Assembly (NCBI GenBank): GCA_963827895.1
Contig: CAWHCY010000010.1
Span: 128,355 to 192,354 of the forward strand
Direction of reading: 5' to 3'
Source: an uncultured Chloroflexia bacterium
GTDB lineage: Bacteria; Chloroflexota; Anaerolineae; Anaerolineales; Anaerolineaceae
DNA: 64,000 nucleotides
Shown in pieces: positions 51,256 through 62,068 of this stretch (its first letter is position 1; each line of letters opens with the position of its first letter). Under the pieces are notes generated by a model, which worked only from the letters and a program-made list of their open reading frames with translations, was not told the origin of the DNA and did not search any database. Position numbers and translations under genes: made by a program.

Positions 51256-51354
51256 TCTCTACTTACTCCTTATCATTCTGTATTGCAGACGCAGCCGCAA
51301 AGGTTGAATTATACCGCTTCGCTCTGCTTTCGTCTAGATTAATAATTCCTACTA

Positions 51355-52126
51355 CTATAATTCCGTCAGTATTACTGGTCCATTTTCGGTAATGGCTACA
51401 CTATGTTCAAAGTGTGCCGTCAATGCACCATCTCTTGAAGCATACCGTCCATTCATCCGGCATTACCCGGGTGAAATACGAGCCCAGCATGACCATCGGT
51501 TCCAAAGCGATCGTCATTCCGACCCGAAGTTCCATGCCTTTACCTGGAATTCCGTAGTTCGGGACTGCCGGTCCTTCATGCATTTGCCGGCCAACACCGT
51601 GCCCGGTATATTCGCGCACAACGTTCATTTTGTTCCGTTCTACAAAATCCTGGATCGCCGCACCAATATCACCTACGTGGTTGCCGCCGACCATTTGCTT
51701 TATACCAATCCGAAGAGCTTCTTCGGTCACTTCCAATAATTTCCGGGCTGATTCTGAGATCTCACCAACACCGATCGTAACGGCTGAATCTCCCACGTAT
51801 CCTTTGTATACTGTCCCACAATCCATTGAGACAATATCACCTGCTTTCAACTTGCGTTTTCCGGGAATACCGTGAACCAGTTCTTCGTTTACACTGGTGC
51901 AGATGCTCGCCGGATAAGGGTATCGACCAGGATAACCTTTGAATGGAGAGTACACTCCATGCTTCTTCAATACTTCTTCCGCAGCCGCATTAAGGTCAGC
52001 AGTAGTGACGCCTGGCTTGATGATTGCAGTGGCAGCTTGTAATGCCTCTGCATTGATTCTGCCTGCTTCACGCATAATTGCGATCTCTGCAGCGGTTTTG
52101 AGGTTGATCTGTCTGTCCCAGGACAT
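51355..52126 (-). CDS. map: type I methionyl aminopeptidase, frameshifted near 51440-51445
   Basis: MSWDRQINLKTAAEIAIMREAGRI...DIVSMDCG...GHGVGRQMHE...EPMV...EWTV | ASRDGALTAHFEHSVAITENGPVILTEL*. Confidence 0.92.
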
Positions 52127-52145
52127 AACTTTCGGTTGCCTTCTT

Positions 52146-52796
52146 TTATGCCAATGCCTTAAGTAATTGGTCAGAAACATTGGCAATATCCTGCGTGCCA
52201 TCTACCTCCAACAATTTGCCTTGCTCTCTATAGTAAACAATTAATGGAGCTGTTTGGGAAAGATAGACTTCGATGCGTTTTAGAACAGTTTCAGATTTGT
52301 CATCTTCGCGTTGGTAAAGTTCAGAGCCATCAATATCACAAATACCTGCCACTTTGGGTGGATTGTATTTTAGATGGTACACATGACCATTCTGTTTACA
52401 GGACCATCTTCCAGACAGGCGTTCGATCAAAACATCAGCCGGAACTGAAATATATGGAACTCCAAGTACTTCTTGACCGGTTTCATTCAACATTTTCCTG
52501 AGTGCTTCAGCCTGGGCAGGAGTACGTGGAAATCCGTCTAAAATGACACCATTCTCGCAGTCCGGTTTTTGCAGGCGGTCGCGGATCATATTGATCGTTA
52601 ACCCATCGGGGACTAATTCGCCTCGATTGATATAACCCTGGGCCTGTTTACCAAGCTCAGTCTGTTTTCCCAGATTCTCGCGAAATATATCACCCGAGGA
52701 GATATGGACAAGGTGCAGTTTCTCAGCAATGATTTTCGCCTGAGTACCTTTACCCGCTCCCGGAGGACCTAGAAGAACATAATATCGTGCCATCAT
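52146..52796 (-). CDS. adk: adenylate kinase
   Basis: LLGPPGAGKGTQA...GFPRT..QA. Lid with C..NGH.Y......C D. Confidence 0.95.
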   Translation of the reverse strand: MMARYYVLLGPPGAGKGTQAKIIAEKLHLVHISSGDIFRENLGKQTELGKQAQGYINRGELVPDGLTINMIRDRLQKPDCENGVILDGFPRTPAQAEALRKMLNETGQEVLGVPYISVPADVLIERLSGRWSCKQNGHVYHLKYNPPKVAGICDIDGSELYQREDDKSETVLKRIEVYLSQTAPLIVYYREQGKLLEVDGTQDIANVSDQLLKALA

Positions 52797-54138
52797 TAAC
52801 CCTTGATCAGCTGCTCATCGTAACCATGTACTTTGAGCTCTGTATCAATAATGGTAAAGGTATCCCTGACTACACCCACCACGATCAACAGACCCGGCTG
52901 AGGATACCAGCAATAAACCGGATCCGGCAACAGAGGGTAGGATGGCTCCCAGGATATAGGGTAGTACAGCGACCAAACCCAGGAAGAGTGCGCCAGGCAG
53001 TGTGATGCGTCGCTGAACTTTCGTCAGGTACTTTTGGGTCGGAGCTACCACGGATAACACCTGGAATTTGGGCACCCTGTTTCTTCAGGTTCTCGCCATA
53101 ATTCTGTTGTGTAAACAGTACATCTGTATAGAAGAAGGTGAATGCTACAACGAACAGGAAATATAGCAATCCGTACCAGGGGCTGGTGCCCCCGAAGATA
53201 TTTTTAGTAGTTAATGCCAGGTTGGCAACCCAGGCTGTTGTTGACGCCAGGAAGTAAGAAGCAACGATGGCAGGGAATGTCAGCAGTGATTGTGCAAAAA
53301 TGATCGGGATCATACCCGCCATGTTGATCATCAAAGGCAGGTTGCTCTTCACCGGCATGGACATACGGTTACCCACACGTCTTCCGGGGAACATGACCGG
53401 TACATTTCGCCGCCCTTGATTGACAAAGACAATGGCAAACACCGTAAGTGCCAGAATGGCCAAGTACGACGATGATCAACCAGCGATTCTGCTGATCACT
53501 GAGCAATGACAGAACATTGCGATGGCATTCTGAGCGACAATACCCGCGAAGATGATCAACGATAGACCCTGGTTGCGGATACCATATTCAGAAATTAATT
53601 GTCCCAGCCAGATACCCAACATCGTTCCGGCTACCATACTCAACAATGTTGCCAGGGTGGGTAATAATGCTGCACCTGTAAAGCCATAGTGCCTCAATAT
53701 CGGAATACCACCAGTGAGGGAACTAAAGATATTGATCTGGCCAACCGCAGACAATAAAGCCATGGGGATGGTCAGTATGATTGTCCATTTTTCCATCCAC
53801 GATTGAGACTCACGTGGATTCTCCCGCATTTTCCTTTCAAGTGCTGGAATGATGGGGACGAGTAATTGAAGAATAATTTGGGCGGTAATGTAAGGATAAA
53901 CTCCCATTGCTAGAATGGAGAAGTTTGATACTGTACCGCCGGAAAGTAGATCCAACAAGTTGAAGAGATTCCCGGCTGCCCCACCACCTGTAGCAATGCT
54001 CGCTATTACCGCACGGTCAATTCCCGGAACCGGGATATTGGCAGCGAGACGGTACAAGATAAGCAATCCCAGAGTGATGAGCAGCTTCTTGCGAATATCT
54101 TCACTTTTCCATAGATAGCGCCATGGCGACCGCTTCAT
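52797..54138 (-). CDS. secY: preprotein translocase subunit SecY, at least 4 frameshifts
   Basis: Pieces in three frames are collinear with SecY: ...LFNLLDLLSGG...; NVLSLLSDQQNRWLIIVVL; AILALTVFAIVFVNQGRRNVPVMFPGRR...; APTQKYLTKVQRRITLPGALFLGLVAVLPYILG...; LLIVVGVVRDTFTIIDTELKVHGYDEQLIKG*. Shifts near 53525-53535, 53465-53475, 53041-53050 and 52890-52897. Confidence 0.9.
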
Positions 54139-54168
54139 GATGGATTCTCCTTTTCGGATTGATAATTA

Positions 54169-54624
54169 TTAGAGTGTTTCAACACTGCCGCCGGCTGCTT
54201 CGATCTTTGCTTTTGCCGTTTTGCTAACTCTGTGTACACGTACTTTCAAAGCAACCGTGATCTCTCCATTGCCAAGAATGACGACAGGAGTACCACCCTT
54301 GCGGACGAATCCGGCTTCGAATAGTAGTTCAGGGGTAATTTCAGTGCCCGCTGTGAAACGGTTGAGTTGTAAGAGATTGATCTCTTCGTATTCAATCCTA
54401 TTCAGCGGTGTGAAACCCTGACCGCGCATGAAAGGTAATCGGCGGAAAAGGGGTAAGTTACCACCCTGGCTGTAAAGCCGGGGACCTCCACCTGTACGGG
54501 AGCCCTGTCCTTTAGTTCCACGGCCAGAGGTTTTACCCTGTCCAGCAGAAATGCCGCGACCAACGCGTCTACGATCTTTTTTTGCGCCAAGATTGGGCTT
54601 CAAATCGTTTAATCTCATCGTCAT
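54169..54624 (-). CDS. rplO: 50S ribosomal protein L15
   Basis: LNDLKPNLGAKKDRRRVGRGISAGQGKTSGRGTKGQ. Confidence 0.95.
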   Translation of the reverse strand: MTMRLNDLKPNLGAKKDRRRVGRGISAGQGKTSGRGTKGQGSRTGGGPRLYSQGGNLPLFRRLPFMRGQGFTPLNRIEYEEINLLQLNRFTAGTEITPELLFEAGFVRKGGTPVVILGNGEITVALKVRVHRVSKTAKAKIEAAGGSVETL

Positions 54625-54626
54625 AC

Positions 54627-55127
54627 CTATTCTTCGATCTTAACTAGATTATTGACTTTTCTTAACATACCACGCAAAGATCCAGTGTCCGGGTGTTCAA
54701 CCGTCTGATGCAGACGATGGAAACCCAATGCGCGGATGGTTGCTTTATGCACTTTAGAGTAGCCAATGGCGCTTTTCACCTGGGTGATCTTAATCATTTT
54801 TACGCCAGGAGCAGCTTCCTTTTTAACTTTCTTTACAACCGGTGCAGCTACTTCTTTAACCTGTATTTCTACTGGAGCAGCTACTTCTTTTACTTTTTTA
54901 GCAACTGGTGCAGCTGCTTCCTTTGCTTTTTCTGCTACTGGCGCAGCAACATCCTTGGCTTTTTTTGCAACTGGAGCAGTTTCTTTTTTGGCTGTTTTTA
55001 CTACTGGCGTAGTAACTTTTTTAACCTTCTTAACTACTGGAGCTGCTTCTTTTTTGGCTGCTTTTACTACCGGTGTAGTAGCTTTTTTAGCTGTTTTTTC
55101 TACTGGAGGAGTTACTTTTTCAGCCAT
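54627..55127 (-). CDS. rpmD: 50S ribosomal protein L30 with a ~110-aa Lys/Ala/Pro/Val tandem-repeat N-terminal extension
   Basis: The C-terminal 56 aa (IKITQVKSAIGYSKVHKATIRALGFHRLHQTVEHPDTGSLRGMLRKVNNLVKIEE) are L30. In frame upstream are nine 11-aa repeats PV(V/A)K.(A/V)KK.... A strong GGAGAGGAG RBS precedes MAEKV. Confidence 0.85.
   Translation of the reverse strand: MAEKVTPPVEKTAKKATTPVVKAAKKEAAPVVKKVKKVTTPVVKTAKKETAPVAKKAKDVAAPVAEKAKEAAAPVAKKVKEVAAPVEIQVKEVAAPVVKKVKKEAAPGVKMIKITQVKSAIGYSKVHKATIRALGFHRLHQTVEHPDTGSLRGMLRKVNNLVKIEE
54810..55106 (-). repeat. nine tandem 33-bp coding repeats (L30 N-terminal extension)
   Basis: PVEKTAKKATT/PVVKAAKKEAA/PVVKKVKKVTT/PVVKTAKKETA/PVAKKAKDVAA/PVAEKAKEAAA/PVAKKVKEVAA/PVEIQVKEVAA/PVVKKVKKEAA. 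Confidence 0.85.
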
Positions 55128-55650
55128 TTTTTCTCCTCTCCCAGAATGGTAAGACATCTTTCAAGTCTTTACCGCGGTTTGCCGCTTCCATCTGTGGAGA
55201 TTTCAGGCTCTCTAATGCCTGTAAAGTCGCTTTGACAATGTTCAAGACGGTGTTACTGCCCAGAGATTTTGTGAGAATATCATGCACACCAACAGCTCCA
55301 AGTACGGCACGAACACCACCACCTGCGATAACACCGGTACCAGGAGATGCAGGTTTTAGCAGTACTACTGCACCACCCACCTTCGCGGTAACCGCATGCG
55401 GAATCGTCGAACCAGAGAGGTTGACCTTGTGCATATCTTTATGAGCGCGTTCTGTTGCTTTGCGCATTGCTTCAGGTACTGCATTGGCTTTGCCGATACC
55501 AATTCCGATCTTACCATTGTTATCACCTGCTACTATGGTAACTCGAAACGAAAATCGACGACCGCCTTTGACTACCTTTGCAACACGGGCAATTTCAATT
55601 ACCCGCTCGTCGTAACCTGTTTCTACATTTTGATAATCAATCGCATCCAT
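55120..55650 (-). CDS. rpsE: 30S ribosomal protein S5
   Basis: [40 protein letters not shown]. Confidence 0.95.
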   Translation of the reverse strand: MDAIDYQNVETGYDERVIEIARVAKVVKGGRRFSFRVTIVAGDNNGKIGIGIGKANAVPEAMRKATERAHKDMHKVNLSGSTIPHAVTAKVGGAVVLLKPASPGTGVIAGGGVRAVLGAVGVHDILTKSLGSNTVLNIVKATLQALESLKSPQMEAANRGKDLKDVLPFWERRKNG

Positions 55651-55676
55651 AACCAGACCTTTTGAGTGCTAATTTG

Positions 55677-56042
55677 TTAGAATTCAAGGCCGCCTTTGCG
55701 CGCCCCATCAGCCAGAGCCTTGACTCTGCCCATGTATCTGAAACCACCACGGTCGAATACGACTGAGGAGATTCCTTTTTCTTTCGCGCGCTCTGCAAGC
55801 GCCTGTCCCACAAGAGTGGCCTGTTCGATTTTCTTCAAGCCTTTCATCTTGGCTCTCAGTTCATTATCAATGGTCGAAGCTGAAACCAGTGTGGTTCCAG
55901 ATTGGTCATCAATAACTTGAACATAGATCTCTGCGACACTGCGATAAACGCAAACGCGCGGTCGATCTGCTGAACCTGAGATATTCTTGCGCACCCGCAG
56001 GTGCCGGTGAATACGTGCTTTTGATCGAGTTTTAGTTGCCAT
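55677..56042 (-). CDS. rplR: 50S ribosomal protein L18
   Basis: [23 protein letters not shown]...[28 protein letters not shown]. Confidence 0.95.
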   Translation of the reverse strand: MATKTRSKARIHRHLRVRKNISGSADRPRVCVYRSVAEIYVQVIDDQSGTTLVSASTIDNELRAKMKGLKKIEQATLVGQALAERAKEKGISSVVFDRGGFRYMGRVKALADGARKGGLEF

Positions 56043-56052
56043 ACGCCATCAC

Positions 56053-56601
56053 CTACTTCTTTGCCTTACCAGATTTACCAGCTTTACGGCGGATCTTTTC
56101 TCCTGCATAACGAATACCTTTGCCATGATATGGCTCTGGTGGGCGATGCTTTCGAATGATCGCTGCAATTTGGCCGACCTGTTCTTTATCTTTGCCGTGG
56201 ATCTTGACCTGACGGGTCTTTGTATCCACTTCAAATTTAATCCCGGTTGGAGGATCGATCACTACTGGATGTGAATATCCAATATGAAGGACCAATTTTT
56301 CACCGTCCATCTCTGGGCGATAACCAACACCTTCAATTTCTAAAACAATATCAAAACCAGTGCTAACACCAACTACCATATTGCTAATTAAAGCCCGGGT
56401 AGTTCCATGCAAAGCTCGATGCTGGCTGGCATCAGATGGTCGACTGACCAGGATCTGATCATTCTCCATAGTGATTTCCATCTCGGGTGAAAATCCGCGG
56501 CTCATTTCGCCTTGAGGACCCTTCACATGAACATTACTGCCCTGGATTTCCACTTTGACATTGGATGGCACCGTTACCGGTAAACGTCCTATTCTTGACA
56601 C
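56053..56601 (-). CDS. rplF: 50S ribosomal protein L6
   Basis: MSRIGRLPVTVPSNVKVEI...GYSHPV...PEPYHGKGIRYAGE. Confidence 0.95.
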   Translation of the reverse strand: MSRIGRLPVTVPSNVKVEIQGSNVHVKGPQGEMSRGFSPEMEITMENDQILVSRPSDASQHRALHGTTRALISNMVVGVSTGFDIVLEIEGVGYRPEMDGEKLVLHIGYSHPVVIDPPTGIKFEVDTKTRQVKIHGKDKEQVGQIAAIIRKHRPPEPYHGKGIRYAGEKIRRKAGKSGKAKK

Positions 56602-56630
56602 AGTACTCTCCTCCTATCCAATCTACTGGA

Positions 56631-57045
56631 TTACCAGACCTTGCACAGGATCTCGCCGCCCACGCCAAGCTGGCGAGCACGGACGCCGGTCATCACACCC
56701 TTGGGGGTGGAAATTATGGCAACACCAATTCCCGAAAGAACGTGTGGGATATCCTGTTTTCGGCTGTATGTCCTGCGACCGGGTCGACTAACACGTTCCA
56801 AACCGGTATATTACCGGGTGTTTTTCGCGTCGTTCACCGACATATTTAAGGCGGACACGTAATACCTGTTGAGCAGGTTTTTCGCCATCCACAATTTCAT
56901 AACCATCAATGTAACCTTCTTCTTTCATGATACGGGCAATTTCCGCTTTCAATTTTGAAGTAGGCATCGCAACCATGGGTTGTCCAACTAGCAAACCATT
57001 CCGGATGCGGGTCAACATATCTGCAATAGGATCAATTACACTCAT
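56631..57045 (-). CDS. rpsH: 30S ribosomal protein S8, frameshifted near 56807-56813
   Basis: [17 protein letters not shown]...KHPVI | [58 protein letters not shown]. Confidence 0.93.
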
Positions 57046-57066
57046 TCTCAATCACCTCCGAATGGC

Positions 57067-57249
57067 CTACCAAGAAGCTTTGGTAACGCCTGGAATTTGG
57101 CCTTCAAGTGCATATTCACGGAAACAAATTCGGCACAAATCAAATCTACGAATATACCCACGCGGTCGTCCGCAGCGGTTACAACGGTTTCGTACCATAT
57201 TCGGGAACTTCCGTCGCATTTCACGATACTTCATGCATGTCTTAGCCAT
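57067..57249 (-). CDS. rpsN: 30S ribosomal protein S14 type Z (zinc-binding)
   Basis: 60 aa. [20 protein letters not shown]. Confidence 0.95.
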   Translation of the reverse strand: MAKTCMKYREMRRKFPNMVRNRCNRCGRPRGYIRRFDLCRICFREYALEGQIPGVTKASW

Positions 57250-57252
57250 AAA

Positions 57253-57798
57253 TTAATTTCCCTTCTTGAAAGGCATCCCAAGCATTGTCAAAAGTGCTCG
57301 AGCCTGATCATCGTCAGGTGCGGTCGTTACGATTGTAATTTCCATACCTCTGACTTTATCAATCTTGTCGTACTCAATTTCCGGGAAGATCAATTGTTCT
57401 TTCAGTCCCAGAGTGTAATTTCCGCGTCCATCAAACGCATCCGGTGAAATACCACGGAAGTCGCGAACACGGGGGAGTACGATATTCATAAGGCGGTCCA
57501 AAAAGGACCACATCTTTTCACCACGTAATGTTACTTTAGCGCCAATCAATCTTCCTGCGCGCAGTTTAAAGTTTGCAATGTCTTTTCGCGCTTTGGTAAC
57601 GACAGGTTTTTGGCCGGCAATCTGGATAAGATCATTAACGGCTGCGTCCATTGCTTTCGCATTGTCCATAGCTTCGCCTAATCCAATGTTGAGAACCACT
57701 TTTTCAACGCGTGGAATCTGCATCACATTTTCCAGGCTCAAAGTTTCCATCAGAGCTGGTCCAATTTCCTTTAGATATCTTTCTTTCATTCGATTCAT
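57253..57798 (-). CDS. rplE: 50S ribosomal protein L5
   Basis: [40 protein letters not shown]. Confidence 0.95.
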   Translation of the reverse strand: MNRMKERYLKEIGPALMETLSLENVMQIPRVEKVVLNIGLGEAMDNAKAMDAAVNDLIQIAGQKPVVTKARKDIANFKLRAGRLIGAKVTLRGEKMWSFLDRLMNIVLPRVRDFRGISPDAFDGRGNYTLGLKEQLIFPEIEYDKIDKVRGMEITIVTTAPDDDQARALLTMLGMPFKKGN

Positions 57799-57817
57799 AT
57801 TAATGCTCCCAGCCAGC

Positions 57818-58150
57818 TTATTCGTCTATCTGTTCGTTGCATTTTTTGCAAACGCGCCTGGTCTTTGCATCCGTTCGCTGTAAAGCTACGCGGGTGGGTT
57901 TACTGCACTTTGGGCAGACCAGCATGACATTGGATACGTCAACGGGAGCTTCAAACTTGACTATGCCAGGTTTGACAGTGCGTCCTTGAGATTGAACTTG
58001 ACGCTGATGCTTGGTGCGCATATTAATTCCCTGCACGACCACAGTTTTATCAGCCAGAACGACCTTAATGATCTCGCCGCGTTTTCCCTTATCGTCCATT
58101 CGACCGCTGATGACTTCTACTTTGTCACCGATTTTTATTTTTATGTCCAT
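57818..58150 (-). CDS. rplX: 50S ribosomal protein L24 (with a CxxC...CxxC zinc-ribbon-like C-terminal segment)
   Basis: [25 protein letters not shown]... then [31 protein letters not shown]. Confidence 0.95.
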   Translation of the reverse strand: MDIKIKIGDKVEVISGRMDDKGKRGEIIKVVLADKTVVVQGINMRTKHQRQVQSQGRTVKPGIVKFEAPVDVSNVMLVCPKCSKPTRVALQRTDAKTRRVCKKCNEQIDE

Positions 58151-58175
58151 TGCTTGCTCCTGAATCTCCTCTAGC

Positions 58176-58547
58176 TTAAATTACTTCTGGGGCAAGGGAG
58201 ACAATCTTCATGAAACCCTTTTCACGCAGTTCGCGTGCAACGGGTCCGAAGATACGTGTTCCTTTGGGGTTCTGCCCATCGGTATCAAGGATGACTGCAG
58301 CATTATCATCGAAGCGGATGGATGAACCATCTTCGCGGCGCCACTCTTTTGAACAGCGAACGATAACTGCCTTCACAACTTCACTTTTTTTCACCGCGCC
58401 TTGTGGAGTGGCTGATTTTACAGTTGCAACAACAACATCACCAACTGTTCCGTAATGATGTACGGATCCACCCATTACATGGATTACCAGTAGTTCACGA
58501 GCTCCAGAGTTATCAGCGACTTTAATTCGAGATTCCTGTTGTATCAT
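58176..58547 (-). CDS. rplN: 50S ribosomal protein L14
   Basis: [27 protein letters not shown]. Confidence 0.95.
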   Translation of the reverse strand: MIQQESRIKVADNSGARELLVIHVMGGSVHHYGTVGDVVVATVKSATPQGAVKKSEVVKAVIVRCSKEWRREDGSSIRFDDNAAVILDTDGQNPKGTRIFGPVARELREKGFMKIVSLAPEVI

Positions 58548-58550
58548 CGC

Positions 58551-58823
58551 TTATTCTCCCAAACCGGCATCTTCAGTACGGAATTCAGTCTTAAGAACTG
58601 ATTCCACCACCCAGCACTTATCCTTTGAAAGCGGACGTGTTTCCACGATCTGAACTTTATCGCCAATATGGCAACCAATTTCATCGTGGGCTTTGACACG
58701 TTTGCTCATGTGGACTACTTTCTTATAAACAGGATGGCGATAGGTTCTGGATATTTCCACCACCACTGTTTTCATCATCTTGTTACTGGTAACTGTACCA
58801 GTGATACGACGACGTTCGTTCAT
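58551..58823 (-). CDS. rpsQ: 30S ribosomal protein S17
   Basis: ITGTVTSNKMMKTVVVEISRTYRHPVYKKVV..SKRVKAHDE. Confidence 0.95.
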   Translation of the reverse strand: MNERRRITGTVTSNKMMKTVVVEISRTYRHPVYKKVVHMSKRVKAHDEIGCHIGDKVQIVETRPLSKDKCWVVESVLKTEFRTEDAGLGE

Positions 58824-59032
58824 GCTTTACCTTCCTTCATTGCCTTGAGCTCGTGCTCTCGCAAAATAGTGCTGTACCGTGCGATAAGGTGTTTGGTAAT
58901 CGGAAGTCGGCTGGTATCTGTCAGTTGGCCTGTGACCGCCTGAAAGCGCAAATTCATTAATTCATTGCGGGCATCCGACAATTTTGTCTTTAATTCTTCA
59001 ATTGGCATTAACCGGATTTCAGATGTTTTCAT
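58820..59032 (-). CDS. rpmC: 50S ribosomal protein L29
   Basis: EIRLMPIEELKTKLSDARNELMNLRFQ. Confidence 0.93.
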   Translation of the reverse strand: MKTSEIRLMPIEELKTKLSDARNELMNLRFQAVTGQLTDTSRLPITKHLIARYSTILREHELKAMKEGKA

Positions 59033-59034
59033 GA

Positions 59035-59457
59035 TTATTCTCCTGCGATCTCGCGCTTAGAAACGACCTTGGTCCGGATGGAGAATTTGTAGATCGCGTG
59101 ATGCAGTGCTTCCAAAGCCTGGTCTTCTGGTAAACCACTAATTTCGAAGATCATCCGGCCTGGTTTCACTACTGCTACATAATATTCCACGTTACCTTTA
59201 CCCTTACCCATTCGGGTCTCGGGGGGTTTTTGTGTATATGGTTTATCCGGGAAGATCCGGATCCAAATTTGTCCACGACGTTTCATGGCATGCACAATGG
59301 CACGGCGGGCTGCTTCGATCTGACGTGCAGTTACCCATCCTGGTTCAAGAGCTTGAAGACCCCATTCACCAAAGCTGATCTCAGCACCGCGGAGAGCTTT
59401 CCCCTTCATACGGCCGCGCATTTGCTTGCGCCATTTCACTCTTTTAGGCATCAACAT
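59035..59457 (-). CDS. rplP: 50S ribosomal protein L16
   Basis: [34 protein letters not shown]. Confidence 0.95.
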   Translation of the reverse strand: MLMPKRVKWRKQMRGRMKGKALRGAEISFGEWGLQALEPGWVTARQIEAARRAIVHAMKRRGQIWIRIFPDKPYTQKPPETRMGKGKGNVEYYVAVVKPGRMIFEISGLPEDQALEALHHAIYKFSIRTKVVSKREIAGE

Positions 59458-59501
59458 AATAGCTACCTCTTCATCAACTTCTGGAAATTCCCAGAATAGG
59501 A

Positions 59502-60179
59502 TTATTCACTGACGTACACACCCTCAGTGGATTCTGCTTTTTCTTCCACAACAGGCATCGCTTCACCTTTATATACCCAGACCTTTACACCAATACGGCC
59601 ATAGGTGGTCAAAGCTTCAGCCTTGGCGAAATCAATATTCGCGCGCAAGGTTTGCAGTGGAACTCGACCTTCTCTTAGCCAGACAGTACGAGCCATTTCA
59701 GCACCACTCACGCGACCTGCGACCTGGACTTTGATTCCCTGAGCTCCCTGCCGCATTGCCTGCTGCAGTGCACGTTTCATGGCTCGGCGGTAAGATACAC
59801 GTCGTTCCATTTGACCGGCAATATTTGCAGCAACAAGATAAGCATCGGTATCAGGATTCTTGATCTCTTTGATCTCAAGGTCAATTTTCTTGGCAGTCAG
59901 AGTTTCCAAAGTTGTTCGCAACTTTTTTACACTCTCACCTTTACGGCCAATGAGAATACCAGGTTTGGCAGTATGAACAGAAACCTTCACTTTACCGGGG
60001 AAGCGTTCAACTTCGATCGTTGAAACTCCAGCCTTGTCAGCTTCGGCATGGACAGCTTTGCGGATTGCGAAATCCTGCATTAGCTGCTGTGAATACTCTT
60101 TACCTTCAGCGTACCAGCGTCCTAGCCAGGGCTGGTTGATATTTAGACGAAAACCAATCGGATGTACTTTTCGACCCAT
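59502..60179 (-). CDS. rpsC: 30S ribosomal protein S3
   Basis: [24 protein letters not shown] domain. AGGAG RBS before ATG 60179 (the track ORF starts upstream at 60230). Confidence 0.95.
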   Translation of the reverse strand: MGRKVHPIGFRLNINQPWLGRWYAEGKEYSQQLMQDFAIRKAVHAEADKAGVSTIEVERFPGKVKVSVHTAKPGILIGRKGESVKKLRTTLETLTAKKIDLEIKEIKNPDTDAYLVAANIAGQMERRVSYRRAMKRALQQAMRQGAQGIKVQVAGRVSGAEMARTVWLREGRVPLQTLRANIDFAKAEALTTYGRIGVKVWVYKGEAMPVVEEKAESTEGVYVSE

Positions 60180-60242
60180 AATTTCTCCTGGTGTCTTTTC
60201 ACTCACTGGATCAGGTGTCTGATTCAGCAAATGACAGACGCT

Positions 60243-60585
60243 CTACTCCTTCTCTCTCAATATGACCGAAATATGTGAACTGCGTCGTAATATCGGTTTG
60301 AACCTTCCGCGGGCGCCAAATCTTCGCCATTTGCGGGTCGGAGCTTCGTCAGCCGTTATCCGGTATACAAACAGATCGTCCCGGCTTACTCCAAAGTTTT
60401 CTTCAGCATTAGCAACGGCTGATGCAATAACCTTGGAAACCTGCTTCGACGCTGCTTTGGGAATGAACCGTCAATATATTCAGCGCGTCAACAGCTTTTT
60501 TTCCTCTGACCATGTCCACGACCAGTCTTACTTTCTGGGCAGACATGGAGATATTGTTGAGTTTTGCATTAATATCGTGAGCCAT
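60243..60585 (-). CDS. rplV: 50S ribosomal protein L22, frameshifted near 60458-60470
   Basis: Hand translation: MAHDINAKLNNISMSAQKVRLVVDMVRGKKAVDALNILT | FIPKAASKQVSKVIASAVANAEENFGVSRDDLFVYRITADEAPTRKWRRFGARGRFKPILRRSSHISVILREKE*. No single ORF in the track. Confidence 0.9.
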
Positions 60586-60588
60586 GGT

Positions 60589-60876
60589 TTATTTTCCCTT
60601 AGCCGCGGATGATTTGTCAGACGACACATGCCCGCGGAAATGGCGGGTTGGAGCAAATTCGCCTAGGCGGTGCCCAACCATATTCTCGGTGATGTAAATA
60701 GGAACATGCCGGCGACCATCGTGAACGGCGATCGTATGTCCAACCATCTGAGGGAAGATTGTACTGGCGCGACTCCACGTGCGGATGACTTTTTTATCAT
60801 TCCGAGTGTTCATTACTTCGACTTTTTTCAATAGCTTGGGTTCAATGAATGGACCCTTTTTGAGCGATCGTGACAT
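60589..60876 (-). CDS. rpsS: 30S ribosomal protein S19
   Basis: [19 protein letters not shown]...[29 protein letters not shown]. Confidence 0.95.
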   Translation of the reverse strand: MSRSLKKGPFIEPKLLKKVEVMNTRNDKKVIRTWSRASTIFPQMVGHTIAVHDGRRHVPIYITENMVGHRLGEFAPTRHFRGHVSSDKSSAAKGK

Positions 60877-60916
60877 TTGTTCGACCTCTTTACCTGATTA
60901 TTTTTTCTAGTACACC

Positions 60917-61753
60917 TTACCGGGTCGCTTTATTGCGCCGGCGAACGATGTATTTATCAGTTTTCTTATTGTTACGGGTCTTTAAACCCAGTGTATATTT
61001 ACCCCAGGGAGTTTTTGGCCCTGGCATACCAACAGGTTGTCGTCCCTCACCACCACCGTGCGGATGGTCGCGCGGGCTCATTGCTGTTCCACGAACTGTC
61101 GGGCGAATTCCCAAATGGCGTTTGCGTCCGGCTTTACCAAGTTTGATATTCTTGTGATCAAGATTACCTACCTGGCCGATGGTCGCAAAGCAGCTCTGAT
61201 GCACCAACCGGACTTCTCCGGAGGGCATACGGATCTGAGCGAAATCACCTTCTTTAGCCAGTAATTGGGCGGCTCCACCAGCAGCACGAACTAATTGGGC
61301 ACCCTTCCCCTCTTTCAGTTCGATGCTATGAACCAGTGTACCAATGGGGATATTGGAAATGGAGGTGTTGTTACCAATCCGGATCTCAGCTTTTGCGCTG
61401 GAAACGATGGTGTCACCTACCTGTAACCCAAGGGGAGCTACGATGTAACGCTTTTCTCCGTCAGCATAGTTCAGCAATGCCAGACGGGCTGTGCGGTTTG
61501 GATCATATTCAATGGCTGCCACTTTGGCAGGAACATCGCGTTTTTCACGTTTGAAGTCGACCAGCCGGACGTATCTGCGCTCACCACCACCACGATGGCG
61601 GACTGTAATGCGCCCATTGGCATTTCGACCGCTATTCGATTTTCGCATCACCAGTAAAGCACGTTCAGGTCTGTCTTTGGTGATCTCTTCGAATGTATGC
61701 CCGGTCATTCCACGCAGACCCGGGGTAATTGGTTTATAGATCTTGACGCCCAT
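60917..61753 (-). CDS. rplB: 50S ribosomal protein L2
   Basis: [22 protein letters not shown]...[14 protein letters not shown]. Confidence 0.95.
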   Translation of the reverse strand: MGVKIYKPITPGLRGMTGHTFEEITKDRPERALLVMRKSNSGRNANGRITVRHRGGGERRYVRLVDFKREKRDVPAKVAAIEYDPNRTARLALLNYADGEKRYIVAPLGLQVGDTIVSSAKAEIRIGNNTSISNIPIGTLVHSIELKEGKGAQLVRAAGGAAQLLAKEGDFAQIRMPSGEVRLVHQSCFATIGQVGNLDHKNIKLGKAGRKRHLGIRPTVRGTAMSPRDHPHGGGEGRQPVGMPGPKTPWGKYTLGLKTRNNKKTDKYIVRRRNKATR

Positions 61754-61765
61754 TACTCTACCCCC

Positions 61766-62056
61766 TCAAATATCGGAATACGATTGATCAGGTGCCAAAG
61801 TGATGATGGCTTTCTTCATGCCGCTGTCCCGAACCGATAACCGACGGCTGCGGGAACGGCGGCTGCGTTTGGCTGCGGTATTAATAATATTCACACGAAC
61901 GACTGTGACTTCGAAGACCTTTTCCACGGCGTCTTTCACCTGGGAACGGGTTGCATCTTTAGTGACTTCGAAAACATACTGATGCAGTTTACTGGTTAAG
62001 TAATTTGTTTTTTCTGTCACGATCGGTCGACGTAAAATGTCAAATTGAGTAGTCAT
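61766..62056 (-). CDS. rplW: 50S ribosomal protein L23
   Basis: ILRRPIVTEKTNYL....YVFEV...ATRSQVKDAVEKVFEVTVVRVN. Confidence 0.93.
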   Translation of the reverse strand: MTTQFDILRRPIVTEKTNYLTSKLHQYVFEVTKDATRSQVKDAVEKVFEVTVVRVNIINTAAKRSRRSRSRRLSVRDSGMKKAIITLAPDQSYSDI

Positions 62057-62068
62057 ACTGTCTCCTGC

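Noticed and set aside
54693-55235. Plus-strand ORFs of 180 aa and 128 aa with repetitive F/S/C/Y or A/T/G sequence
   Set aside because: They are antisense readings of the 33-bp tandem repeats in the L30 extension and stay open only because of the repeat periodicity.
60262-60612. 116-aa plus-strand ORF, the only long ORF in the track at this locus
   Set aside because: The minus strand encodes L22 once a 1-nt shift is allowed, with a perfect family match and the expected position between rpsS and rpsC. The plus ORF is its shadow.
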